Shown: piece after piece, positions 1 through 12,339 of the stretch | How the letters are laid out: each line of letters opens with the position of its first letter | Numbering within the stretch: the stretch's first letter is position 1 | NCBI RefSeq assembly: GCF_004010195.1 | Contig: NC_057720.1 | Coordinates: forward strand, 16,372,478-16,436,477 | Length of the DNA stretch: 64,000 bases | Reading direction: 5' to 3' | Source: Chiloscyllium plagiosum | Taxonomy: Eukaryota | The notes under the pieces: model-generated | What the model saw: the letters and a program-made list of their open reading frames with translations, nothing else | The model's database searches: none | Told to the model about the DNA's origin: nothing | Translations under genes and position numbers: made by a program

Positions 1-3000
1 CACCGTCAGCTGGTTCCTGGAGCTCCCTTGGCCTATTGAAGGTTTTAGGTCAGAGGTGACAAAACCATGCGGCTTTTGGGGGGGAAGGGAACATCCTTTC
101 GAGTGATTTTTGACATCAAGGTTCCGGCATTTAGCTGAACAACAGTTCGCAAATGATTACTGTCTGAAGTTTTCAAGGGTCTGCTAACAAACTACCTGAA
201 ACGAACACCCGCCCCGTCATTGTGCCTGCGAGCAACCCCTCCCTGATCCCCATCAAATTCTTAAAAAAAGGCTCGTTTTAAAAGATCGGCCGAAGGGTCT
301 CTCCTGCTGCCCGAGTGTGACACAGGAGGTGAATGGACTGAAACAGCTTTGCCGTATTGTTTGTACTTTGTTGGCACCAATAGATTATGTTGAACACAGT
401 AATTAATTTTATTGCTAAGGTTCTCCTTAATCATGGTTAATGCATTTGCGGTTTGGCCATCACTTGGTATTTTGAATTTTTTACAGAAGAAAAAAAGTCA
501 ATACAACTCTGCCGATAGGGAATATATTCACAATTTCCACTTCTTCCGAGAAACACACGTTCTGATTCCCAGTTTATAAAACAGACAAGGAGGCCGACTG
601 GCGGCATTGCACAGAGAAGATAAACCATGTTAGAATTGTTTTGGAATTAAACTCATTGTCAACATGTTCGTTACTTACTTTGTCCCTAGGTGCAGTGAAT
701 TTCATGGTTATTTGCAGCTAGGATCCTGGGTAGCGCGAAGTTACAGTAAAATATCCAGCAAATGTCCAGAGTCGGAGGTAAGTTTTAACAGGGCTACCGA
801 AGGATCAGCCGATACTGCATTTCGCCCTACAATGAAAGGACAATGAAAGCCTTTAAGACGACTTGGTTCTGAAGGAGAAGTTGTCATGCAGGAACAAGTG
901 ACCGTACATTGAATCGTTTTATTTCTTTTTTTGAGTCATCTAACAGTGGAACCGATTCACTGATATTTTGTTACCAAATGCTTGCAGAACAGTAAGTAAC
1001 CGAGTTTTAGACGGTGAAAAGGTTACAGGAGAATTTTTTAAAAAGCATAGCACGCTCGCCGTTTGTATCTTACGGATCACTTTGTAAAACTCCAGCACCC
1101 CGTGTACATTTGTAAAGCAACCCCAAGCATTACTTTAGAGAGACAGAGACACTTGCTTCCGTGTAAATGTCGAGCACCCTCTCGCGTCTAGCTGTGGATT
1201 TGCAGATCAGCCGGCGAATCCCGATGACAAAGAGAAAGCAGACTACATCTCAAAAAAGTGTTAGCAATCACCAAATGCTATAGTTATATATAAATAAAGC
1301 TATAGTTATCACGGGAGCAGAGCTGTGGTCAGTGGACCCGAGTTGTTTTATTACAGATTGGAGATGATTTGAAACGATAAGTTAGCACCCCTGCTGCGAT
1401 ATAAATTGACACCCCCAATTCTTACAGGAGAGATAGATATTTCTGCAATTAATCTTTCTGACTATGGTGCTGTAAACACACTATTTGTATATATAAATAA
1501 AACACTATTTCATACAGAATATATATGTGAATATCCCACTGAGCGCCAGATCTCTCATATATTTCATGGGCAGAAAAACCAGATCGAGTTAGTTCCTGGT
1601 GACTTTAAAATCTTAAACAGTCTGAGGAAATCTCGCTTCTCGTTTAAAACATGTGGATTCTGATTGTAACACAAGGTACTTCCTATTAGAAGCATCAAAA
1701 CCGGAATGTTAGAACGATTTTTCTTTTCAGGCGCACCCACTAACAGACATAAAATATAAATTCTACATTCCCTAACCTTCAAAACAAAAATATCATGTTT
1801 TGCTTGACCACTCATATTCATTGAAAGGAAAGATGGAAAACGAGGTCAGGGTTTTGCCTCTGGCGATGTGGGGCAGCTGTTTACTGACCAGCACCCTGTC
1901 ACACCTATCTCCACTTCTAAAGGCATGCTTTAGCGAGTAATTAAATACGAAATAATGGTCTCGCCAGAGGTGCTGCAGGAGCCAGATTCTAACACAAGAC
2001 AATCTGCCGAAATCGTCAAATAATCATCATTATTCCCGGGTACTCGGATGCTATTGTTGCAAGGAAGCCTATGTGCAATTGCTATCATTGTTTAAACACC
2101 GTGGAGGGAATTGTTGCATTGTGTAACACCAACAGCAAACAAGATCAGCGTGCACCAGGGCACAGCAAGAAGTCCTCAAAGACTAGGGCTTCAGCTATCA
2201 ATACAGTGCTCGGATAAGTCCGCAACAACGTCTCTCCCATGAAATTAACATCAGCTATAGCATAGCCTCACTGTTTAAAGTGTGACACATCCAGCTTGTT
2301 GGCAATAGAGTTTAAAAAAACGACACAATATAAAGACGCATTAGGAAAGTGTCACTTCACTACACTGAATCTAATCCGACCTAACGAACAACTCTCTTTG
2401 ACTGACGTGATGAGCGTAGGAAAAAGACAGCCATTTGTTCCTGCAATAATTCATTTACCCGAGAAATAAAAATAGAAGGTCAGTATTGTGTAGATGAACA
2501 CGCAGTTTGTTTTTTCCGCTTTTCACTGTGATGTTGTTAGTAACCATACTAGACATTAGCCAGATCTAAGCTTAAATGCACTGATTCGCATTATCTCTAC
2601 GTTAGAGTCCTGTCATGACACGAAATCAAGTCATCGGTATGAGCAGAGAAATGTATACTGGAGCTTCTGATAATACAAATCAATCCACGCCAGCGAAGAA
2701 CTGAACACTGCCGGTGCACGCCTTTGGGCACATTATGATAATAGAGTGGCTACATTTCAACACAATATATTTATGTTCATTTGTCTGAATCTGAAATTTA
2801 GTGCTTCAGAAAACACACAATGTCAGTACATTTAGCCCATCCCTAGAATTCTTGCACAAATACTTCGATTAAAAACTGACTCTCATTGTATGCACTTGAA
2901 CTAATGTCACTGATATAATGCAGACATTCCTTGTAACAAAAAAAACTAATCTTTTTTCATTTAATTCACTTGTAGAGACACGGTCGATGCCCTACCCTCA

Positions 3001-4555
3001 TCTGTAATTTGTAATCAAGAGCACAATTTAGTCATTTTGAAAAACTAATTATCTAATCGTCCCAGGGTTTAACAATTGCTGAATAAAATACTTGTCTGCC
3101 CAATTAGCTAAGACAATTATTAAAATTCTGAGCCTTAATTATGTCTCAATTTTGTACTGGCAAAATTGTCTTTAATGCAGTAATTAAAATCCTATCTGTA
3201 CCTCTGCCTTTAGGGCACTAGATGATTAGAACCTGTCAGGGGGTTGTACTCAACCAAGCCAGTGAAGCGTGTTGTGCAACATGACCCTGAATTGTTAAGT
3301 CTGTCAACATATTAACCTGAATTCCCTGCAGCCCCTGCGACTACGATTGGTAGATTAAAAGCAGAATGAGACAGAAAGCATTGAAGCCAAATTTTCAGAC
3401 TCCAATTCCCTTTAATTCTAGCGCAAGTTTTCGCTCAACATGTTTAATTATGGTTAGCCCTGCAAAAGCCTTCTGCTAAACCCATTCTCTGTGTATATGT
3501 ATCCCCAATAACAATAGCGTAACATAAGCGGAAGCATTTTAAGCACATTTAAACATGAGGCTGCAGATTAGATAAAATCATTAAAATTAAGGCGCTAATT
3601 TAAGTACCAAGCGCAAAGCATTTTTTCCCCTGAAACAAGCAAGAAAAGCTCCAAAGAAACTTAACATGTACAAAAATAATCGGCCCTAAGTCCTGCAAAG
3701 TGGCGAAGTGAATTTAGACAGCTGACCTTCAGTGTGGTTCTGATGATGTTGAATGGAAATGTAAGCTAATGTCATTCAGGAGCATGGTTCCTGGTGAACT
3801 AGAGATGTAATCTAGCAATGTAAGTGAATTATTCACGGAATTTCAATGTGTAAAGGAATGCGTTCGGGAATTGGGTTGATAAAAGAAACAAGCAGATTTT
3901 AAGGAGGTTTATGAGGTTATAGTAAAGACAAACTATGTCAATTGCGTTTCATCAGAGCACCATCAGAGGTGAATCGTTTGTAGATGTTGAACTAAAACGA
4001 TAAACCATTACTTTTTTAAATTGACTCCATGAAAATAACTGCTGCTTGTTTGGAAATTTTCAGTGGTCGGGGAAGATTCAGCCTCAGTAGGGCTTCCAGG
4101 CTGTCCACATCTCTATTGAACTGAGCATGCTCAGTGATGTAAGTGGTCTTGCTGGAAAATCTCTCTGGGCAGAAGCTGAAGTGCAAATCTGTGTCCTGAC
4201 TTGTTCATTCTGGCTGTCAGCATGTTATCCTCTTGTCAGCACCGATTGACTGGCCAAGCTCACCTTTGTACACCACCTCTAACAGCTCATTGACAGACCA
4301 GTGACCCGCCCGAACCTGATAATGGAAACCCATCGATTTTTCAGGCTCAAGGTCTCGCAACTGACCGACTGTTCTTGTGCCATCGCATGTGTTGGTCTCG
4401 AATAACACCGGATTCCAATCTGTTCTCCAGATTATAAATGATAATGCAGTTCCACAAACTCTCAAAATAAAATGAAGAACTCACTGGTCATTATGTTTCA
4501 CACATGGCGAACAAGTGCACAGTGATTAAGGGTTATTTTTTAGTTCAAACTACGA
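1..4555. promoter_or_regulatory. Repeat-free, CpG-retaining block; candidate BARHL2 upstream regulatory region
   Basis: No recognisable transposon in 4.5 kb, visibly more CpG than the rest of the window, and clusters of TAAT/ATTA homeodomain-type sites at about 3000-3850. The gene assignment rests on synteny only. Confidence 0.4.
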
Positions 4556-4562
4556 TCAGATA

Positions 4563-5290
4563 AAGAGTTATACAGCACGGAAACAGACCCTTCAGTCCAA
4601 TTCGCCCGTGCCGACCAGATATCCCAATCTGACCTAGTCCCATTTACTAGCATTTGGTCCATATGCTCCTAAACCCTTCCTATTCATATACCCATCCAGA
4701 TGCCCTTTAAATGCTGTAATTGTACCAGCCTCCACCACTTCCTCTGGCAGCACATTCCATACCCGCACCAGCGTCTGCGTGAAAAAGTTACCTCTCAGGT
4801 TCTTTTTAAATCTTTCCCCTCTCACCTTAAATCTAAGCTCTCTAGTTTTGGACTTCCCCACCCTGGGAAAAAAAGACCTGGGCCCTCTCTATGCTCCTCT
4901 GATTCTATAACTGTCACCCCCTCAGTCTCTGAATACGCTGGGGCTCACCCCCCGGAGCTTCAATCTCCCAATAGCTCAAACCCTCCAAACCTGGTAACAT
5001 CCTTGTAAATCTTTTCTGTACCCTATCAAGTCTAACAACATCCTTCCTATAGAAGGGCGTCCAGAATTACATGCAGTATTCCAAAAGTGGTCTCACCAAT
5101 GTCCTGTACAGCTGCAACATGCCATCACAACTGCTATACTCAATGTTCTGACCAGTGAAGGCAAGCATGCCAAACGCCTTTTTCACCATACTGTCTACCT
5201 GTGACTCCACTTTCAAGGAACGGTGCACCTGCAGCTCTAGGTCGCTGTTTGGCAATACCCTCCAGGGCCCTGTCATTAGCTGTATAAATC
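4563..5290 (-). mobile_element. CR1 LINE (HER1-like) 3' fragment
   Basis: ORF pieces ...LVRPLLEYC and NFFTQTLVRVWNVLPEEVVEAGT, plus the CR1 3' tail gggtctgtttccgtgctgta. Confidence 0.9.
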
Positions 5291-7269
5291 CTGCAGTGGT
5301 TTGCCTTACGCAAAGAAACGCATATATGAAACACTGACATTTACACAATCTATGCCTTTGTTTTGCAGATAATACACCAAGGTACTTTGTGGGAATACTT
5401 AAGGTTTCACATGTAAATATTTACTTAATCAAATCGCATGTTCATTATTCTCATTATAACAGCAGCAGCAGCATTGCAAACAATGGTACTTTACCTTGTA
5501 ATAATGTGTAACTCGTGTTTCGCTTAACACGCATTAGGCTTTCAATGGACCCAGCAGCAAATACTGTCACCACCTACAGCAACTTAGCTTCAGCCAACTT
5601 ACTTCCTGCGTTAAATTCATCTGTTATTTTTTTAAAAATAAAAACATACTCCAGATAGTGGTTTGGCCGCTTATTTCAGATTGCAGTGTGTAGCATTTCT
5701 GAAAGCAATAAACTGTAATCACTGCGAAAACAAAACTATTTTCAGAATGCTTAAAAAAAAATCAAACCTAAATGTGCATTTTGGCAAAGGGATCCAGACG
5801 TTTTAGTCCGTCTCATCTTTAGGGGATTTCTTGGATATACAGTTTTGACTACAGTAAGATCCCTGAGGGGTTATGTCATTATTTACAGACTTGAGTTTTT
5901 CTATAGTAAGCTGTAAGGCTAGACTCAGAGCCAGATGGTTGGTGTACTCATCGCTAGGAGAAATACATCTCTTCAGAGATTGCTTTCTTTCTTGTCTCGG
6001 TAACCATGCTGCCTTTAATAGAATTTCGTCATGGTACTTAAATCACATTACATGTTCTTTTATTTAGTTTCCATGTGTTGTTGTCTGGTCACAATACGAC
6101 TTCTACCCTCATCTGGGTTCTGGTCCTTCTGTCATGTCCCTGATACACTCGATGCAACTAATGAAGCAGCCAAACAACGCAATCACTCCGAGTAAAAAGG
6201 AGTCCTGTGTCACTTAATTAACACTTCCTTTACTCAACAAGGAAGTTAATACCTAGACAGGCTTCCACACAAACATCACTTGACACATTGTTCATGCAGG
6301 CTGTTGTCCAAATCTAGTCGTTTTATCTTTTTTTTTGTAACTATCAAACCACTTATTTTATATAGGCCTTTACAAATAGACGGTTAAAGATGTACATGTG
6401 GGGACCTCGGATGTGAGACCACCATCCACTCCAAACCAGCATGAACTTACCGGTGTTGCAGAATAGAAACACTAACACTAATGCAAAAAACGCCAGGACC
6501 TCACCATGGCTGGATTGTAAACAAAGGGAGTGGGGTAGGGTGGGGAGGGGGGTGTCAAAGCGTCTACTATCTTCAGCCTGAAGCTGGGCATCAATAAGAC
6601 GGGATTCCAATTCGGATTTCTTTCAACGCCCTGTTTATTTTCTGTCGTAGGAATGAGTTCCCTTAAAGTCCTTGAAACCAAAAGTTGAATTCAAAGGATC
6701 AGAGTGGTTCTCAGCTTTGACCTAGACTTTTATTGACAAACTTTCTGGGAGGATCTTTTGCTCCGGATTTATAACGCACTTTTTATGGGAGCTCAAGCCT
6801 TCCGTGAAATGGTGTGCTCTGCATCCACTCTTCGGTGAACTGGGTATCTGCAGTCTATATGTTGTCACACCAACATCGGAATGTACCCGAAACCAGTGAT
6901 TCAGCCAAGAATCATGTCTACAGTACATAAATGCAGTCTTTTTCACGGCATCTCTGTTCTTCCTGTCTACGTATTGCTTTAACCAAAGGTTAAGCACTCT
7001 GCAATTCTCAAACGTTCACAATGACTTTAGTTACTATTTTCCTAATAATCGTCTATTTGATACTGTTTAACATTGTTTTGTTTTACTAAAGCTTTCCCCT
7101 GGTTAGGATGGGCTTAATGTTGCACCCAGAATCTCTTCGCAGCTCCTTTGTTAAAAACTCTCCATAGATTATTACATCTTCTCATTTGTCTTATTGTCAG
7201 AGTACACTATGGATCATTATCATTTTTTGTTTTGTTCAATTTTGAGCAAAAGATTTATTTGTTCTAAGT

Positions 7270-8985
7270 ATGTCATAAATGTCTCATCTCAGTCCCAATT
7301 GGGCAACCCTGTATTCTTAACCTTTGACCCTGGTTCTGGACAACCCAATCATCAGGAACAACCTTCCCAGATTTACCCTGTCCACTCCTGGTAGGATGTT
7401 TTTTATAGGCTTGTATGAGATAGAACAAAGAACAATACAGCACAGGATCAAACCCTTTGGCCACCCCAAGCCTGCACCACATCTTTCCTTCCATACTAAA
7501 ACTGTCCTCACTTACAGAATCCATATCCCTCTATTCCCTTCCTATTCATTTATTTGTCCAGGTGCTTCTTGAATGCTGCTACTGTGTCTGTTTCCATCAC
7601 CTCCTCTGGCTGTGTGCTCCAGACACCCACCACATTTTGTGAGAAAAATGCCTCGCACATCTCTTTTAAACACCCCCCTACCCCTTCCACCTCACCCTTG
7701 AAGTTGTGTCCCCTAGTAATTGACGCCTCTACCCTGGGAAAAATCCTCATACTTTCCATCCTGTCCATGCCATTCACAATCGTATAAATTTCCATCATGT
7801 TGTCCCTCAACCTCTTGTATTCCAGTGAAAACAAACCCAGTCTATCCAACCTTTCTTCATAGCTAAAATCTCCAATACCAGGTAAACCTTTTCTGTATCC
7901 TCTCCAAAGCAACCACATCCTTTTGGTAGTGTGGTGACGAGAACTGTACACAATATTCCAAGTGTAGCCTAACTGATGATCTAGAAAGCATAACTCATCT
8001 ATCCTTATACTCAATGCCCTTTCCAATGAAGGCAAGCATGGCATCAGCTTTTTTTTTACTACCTTATCTACCTGTACTGCCACCTTCAGTGACCTGAGGA
8101 CCTACACATCCAGATCCCTCTGCATATCAATACTCCAAAGTGTTCTGCCATTCACTGTATAATTTTCACCTCTACTTGACCTTTCAAAATGCATCACCTC
8201 ACATTTGTCTGGCTTAAACTCTGCCACTTTTCTGCCCGTACCTCCAACTGATCTATATCCTGCCATTTATCTCTGAAAATCCTTCACACTATCCACAACT
8301 CTACTAATCTTAGCATCACTCTACCTCTACCCTTGTCTCCTATGTCAAAGCCAGTTCTGTATCCAACTTGTCAATTCACCCCAATACCATGTGACTTCAC
8401 CTTTTGTACCAGTCTACCATGAGGGACCATATCGAAGGCTTTACTGAAGCCCATGTAGACAACAAGTACTTTTCCCTCATTAAACATCTTTGTCACCTTC
8501 TCAAAAAACTTAATTAAGTTAGTGAGGCACGACCTCCCCCACACAAAACCATGCTGTCCATCACTAATAAGTCCACTTGCTTCTGAATGCTGTATAGATC
8601 TTGTCTCGGAGAATCTTTTTAAATAATTTCCTTACTACCGATGTGAGACTCACAGGCCTGTAATTTCCAGGATTATCCCGGCTACCCCTCTTAAACAACG
8701 AGACTACAGGCCACAGATGAGGTCCCAGAGGGCTGGAGAACAGCCAAAGAGGATGCTCCAGCAATTTGTTCTCTTGCATCTATCAATATTCTGGGATAGA
8801 TCCCATCAGGACCCAGAGACTTATCTACCTTCATACTTTTTAAGACAGACCACACCTCTTCCTTGTTAATAGCAACTTGCCTTAGAAACTTGACACTCCC
8901 TTTCCTGAAATCATCCTCTACCAATTCCCTCTCTTTGGCAAATACCGGCACAAAGTATTCACTTAGGATCCGCTCTCATTTTTCT
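7270..8985 (-). mobile_element. CR1 LINE fragments (RT and 3' end)
   Basis: Peptides KVDKSLGPDGIYPR, NPGNYRPVSLTSVV and FSYEERLDRLGLFSLE; frameshifted. Confidence 0.9.
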
Positions 8986-9803
8986 AAACTCCAGTGAATA
9001 CAGTGCTAATTGATTCAGTCTTTCTTCATACATCAGATCTGCAATACCAGGAATCAGTCTGGTAAACCTTCATTACACTCCCTGCATAGCCAGATCATCC
9101 TCCCTCAGATAAGGAAACTAAAACCTCCCATTACTCCAAATATGGTATCACCAAGGCTCTGTACAATTGCAGCAAGACATTCCTGCTCCTGTACTCAAAT
9201 CCTCTTGCTATGATGGTCAACAAACGATTTGCACCTGTGTGCTTACAAATAGCAACTGGTGTCCAAAGACACCCAGTTCCTGATGCAAGTCACCCTTTCC
9301 AAATCTAGCACTATTCAGATAATAATCTGTTTTCTCGTTTTTGCCAAAAAAAGTGGATGACCTCACATTTATCCATATACTTCAGTTACCATGCATTTGC
9401 CTACTTACTCAACTTGTCCAAATCACACTGAAGTACTTCCTCACAGTTCACCCTCCCACCCAGCTTGGTGTCATCTGCAGATTTGGAATTATTACATTTA
9501 GTTCTAAATCATTAATATATATTATGAATAGCTTGGGTCCAAGCACTGACCCCTGAAGTACCCCACTAGTCATCCAGAAAAATACCTTTCCTGCCTGACA
9601 ACTAATTCCCTAACCATGTCAGTAGATTATCTCCAATCCCATGCACTTCAATGTTACATGCTAACCTCTTCAATTGGATATTCTCAAAAAGACTGATTCC
9701 TGGTATTGCAGATCTGATGTATGAAGAAAGACTGAATCAATTAAAGTCCAAGTAAACCACATCCACTGGGTCACCCATATCAACTCTACTTGAAGTTCCA
9801 GTA
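8985..9803 (-). mobile_element. Old CR1 LINE RT fragment (continues at 11427-11535)
   Basis: Reverse-strand QGSVLGP-like and ADDTKLG motifs. The sequence resumes in register after the 9804-11426 insertion. Confidence 0.85.
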
Positions 9804-11426
9804 TAGCTAGTTCTCTGATAATACATGGTTATTAAATGTGATTTGTCTGTAATGCAATTTGTGAATCGCCAACCAGTTTTTTTTTAATAAAGTGAACTCC
9901 CATTCGCCGTGAAAACTATTGTGAAATGTTTGTATTAGTGGACTTGGAAAAGCATTGTTAAAATGTACCTACAGCCTGAGGACAAGAATCCAGGAGTGAT
10001 CTGTTAATTTAAAAACTTAAAGAGCTAAGATAAGAATGAAATTTCACTGGAATTGACTCATAGTAAAATGACAGTCTTGAGGCGCAGTTTGAAATTTGGC
10101 TTTGTTGTTTGTGTTCAGAGCTTGTTTTTCTCAAAAAATATGTTTAGATGTTAAAGAATATCTGCAGATTCATGAATCTGTTTCGGTGACTAATCATTAT
10201 GGTAACCAACTACAAATAAATACCAATACAGGGGTTTGGGCATGGTCAGTCAGCTGCTCAGGGGGTTCAGAGTCAGGAGGGAGGAAGAGAAAGGTAAGTG
10301 GCATACTGTTACTTTTGGTGCATGGGTGGAGATGTCCCCTAGGGGTGAGTAGGCTGTGCAGAAGAAATTCAGGGTTAGACAGGGTCAGGTGTTAGCGAGG
10401 ATGACAGTGAGTGGGGAAGATATTGCAGGAAATGTTGGGTACATAGTAACAGAGATAGAGTTGGAGGTATCAATGAGGAGATGGTGGCACTTTCACTGGC
10501 AGAGTGGAGAAGGTTATTGATCTCCTTCCTATATTCTGTGCATTCCTTCAGATAGTTGAGACTGCATTGGCCTGGGTGGTAACCCTGGTCCAGGTTGGCG
10601 TCATTCCAATAGAATGGCATCCTCTGTTGGCCTGAGAGAAAAGTATGTTCTGCCTCTGCATCATCCCAACTGCATCAGTAGTATCTCCGTGTCACTGCCC
10701 ACAAAGAGAGACACCAATTTTCCATTGTCTGCCTTGAACAGGGCCAATGTCAGGAACCACATGGGGCAGCTCCGATCTGACAGCTCTTGCCTGGGTGCAC
10801 AATATCTTTTTAAAGATGGTGTTGCACCTTGGATGTTGGTAAAGTCTGGGATATCCAGGAAGAGGTGAGTTGTTTTGTAAATGGCACATGGTATGGTGGT
10901 GCTAGAATATGAAAGGGGGGACAGTAAAGGGTAGAGTAGGTAATAAATCAGGCAGGTTTTGTAAAATAATGGGATAGATATCCCCAAGCATTAGTGTGAA
11001 ACCCCCCAAAAAACTTGACAAAACACACATTTAGCAAAATAGCAGAATTCAGCCCTTAATCTATCAAGGCAGGTTTCATTGAGATCTGATTTATACAGTG
11101 TTACCATTGGATGGGATCAGAAGACTAGCTAGAATATAGGGCAGTCAGCAGGTATAGATGCTAATCAAGAGTAATTAGTTGAAGATTCTGATGAATTACA
11201 CTATTCAGTGTCTTACAACAGGTCAGTTACAACAGATCAAAATTTACTTAGACTGTGCTATCATTTATGTTAGGCTAACCGTTATTTTTGTTTCGATTTT
11301 TACTGGTATTTTTGGTAGTTCACCCCAACCTTGTTTTTCCCATAGGCCCCATTATTTCTATTGCATGACTTTCTACAACACAGCATTGCATGGAATGCAA
11401 CTATGGCATTATAGGAGAACTATCTG
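9804..11426. mobile_element. Non-autonomous TA-targeting DNA transposon (Tc1/mariner, Tigger/pogo-like)
   Basis: Degenerate TIRs tagctagttctctgataat... and ...attataggagaactatctg, TA on both sides, cleanly splitting a CR1 (ccagTA|...|TAgacttgtcaa). Confidence 0.75.
10230..11055 (-). mobile_element. PIF/Harbinger remnant with decayed Myb/SANT-like ORF
   Basis: Terminus TAA|GGGCTGAATT at 11055. Frameshifted peptide KLVSLFVGSDTEILL/DAVGMMQRQNILF...W.RVTTQANAVSTI*RNAQ/YRKEINNLLHSA at about 10495-10730 resembles Harbinger Myb/SANT proteins. Confidence 0.55.
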
Positions 11427-11814
11427 TAGACTTGTCAAATTTAATTTCACTTTTGTAAATCCATGCTGACTCTGTCCAATCCAGTCACTGTTTCCCAAGT
11501 GATCTGCTATTTTTTAATTTACTCCAGAATTTTCAAGCATTAGTTTCTGATAACTGAGTGGTGATATTTTCAAAGCCTTGATTAAAATTTGCAAGGATGC
11601 AAGGTCATATATCCTGTCCTCAGATCCAGAACAACCTCAGCTAGTACCTTTAAATGCAGATTATGGAATTGGTTTCTAACTGAAAAATGCTAAACATGGA
11701 GCAATAAGAAAGTTGGAATACTGTCATTTAGTTAACTGAGCAAGCATTATAGCTGTCGACAATACTAGATTGGGTGTAAGGTAGAGCATCATTTTAAAGA
11801 GGGAGAAAGTAAGG

Positions 11815-11925
11815 ACTCTCTCAACCTCCTTGCCCCACACACCTCATTCTTGATGAAAGGCTTATGCCTGAAATGTTGACTGTCCTGCTCCTCAGATGCT
11901 GCCTGACTGGCTGTGCTCACAACCA
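11815..11925 (+). mobile_element. Penelope-like terminal repeat fragment with degenerate hammerhead
   Basis: ttgatgaaaggcttatgcctgaaatgttgactgtcctgctcctcagatgctgcctgac; same family as 52534-52649. Confidence 0.75.
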
Positions 11926-12339
11926 TCATTCTAAAGAGTTTTGTAACATGAAAATAGTAACACTAGAAAATGACATCAACTATAAAATGCAAATGAATTA
12001 TCACCAACTTCCATCAGCTGGTGATTTTTTTTTTAAAGTAAGCACAACTATCCAGAACAGAGGCACCAAATTCAGATAACATCGCAACACTTTCACAGCA
12101 TGAACAAAGTGACCAAAATGTTTAGCAAAATCTTTACATAATCAGCTTCAGATACATAGAGGAGAAATGAAAAGTGTGTTGAAGTCTGTTAGTTTCACAT
12201 TTTATAATGCGTTTCTATACATATTTGGTCAAACAGCAAGAAGCATGTCATGTGCATGCTTGTCCCATTCAATTTAATTCCTACATAAGAACTTCACATC
12301 TTAATTTAAAAGCTGAAAGGAAGGGTTAGACCTTTACAT

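Noticed and set aside
1..170. Possible BARHL2 coding start on the minus strand
   Set aside because: No frame resembles the Barhl N-terminus (FGIDxIL motif) or a homeodomain.
1085..2170. Partial REST/NRSE-like half sites (cagcacc)
   Set aside because: None has a correctly spaced GGACAG half.
3735..3770. CTGATGA...GAAATGTA hammerhead-like string in unique DNA
   Set aside because: No credible stem II (no G10.1-C11.1 pair) and no PLE context; likely chance.
6353..6997. Short ORFs and a possible plus-strand exon (acceptor near 6650)
   Set aside because: No recognisable protein similarity, and splice-like motifs alone are insufficient. A lncRNA exon cannot be excluded.
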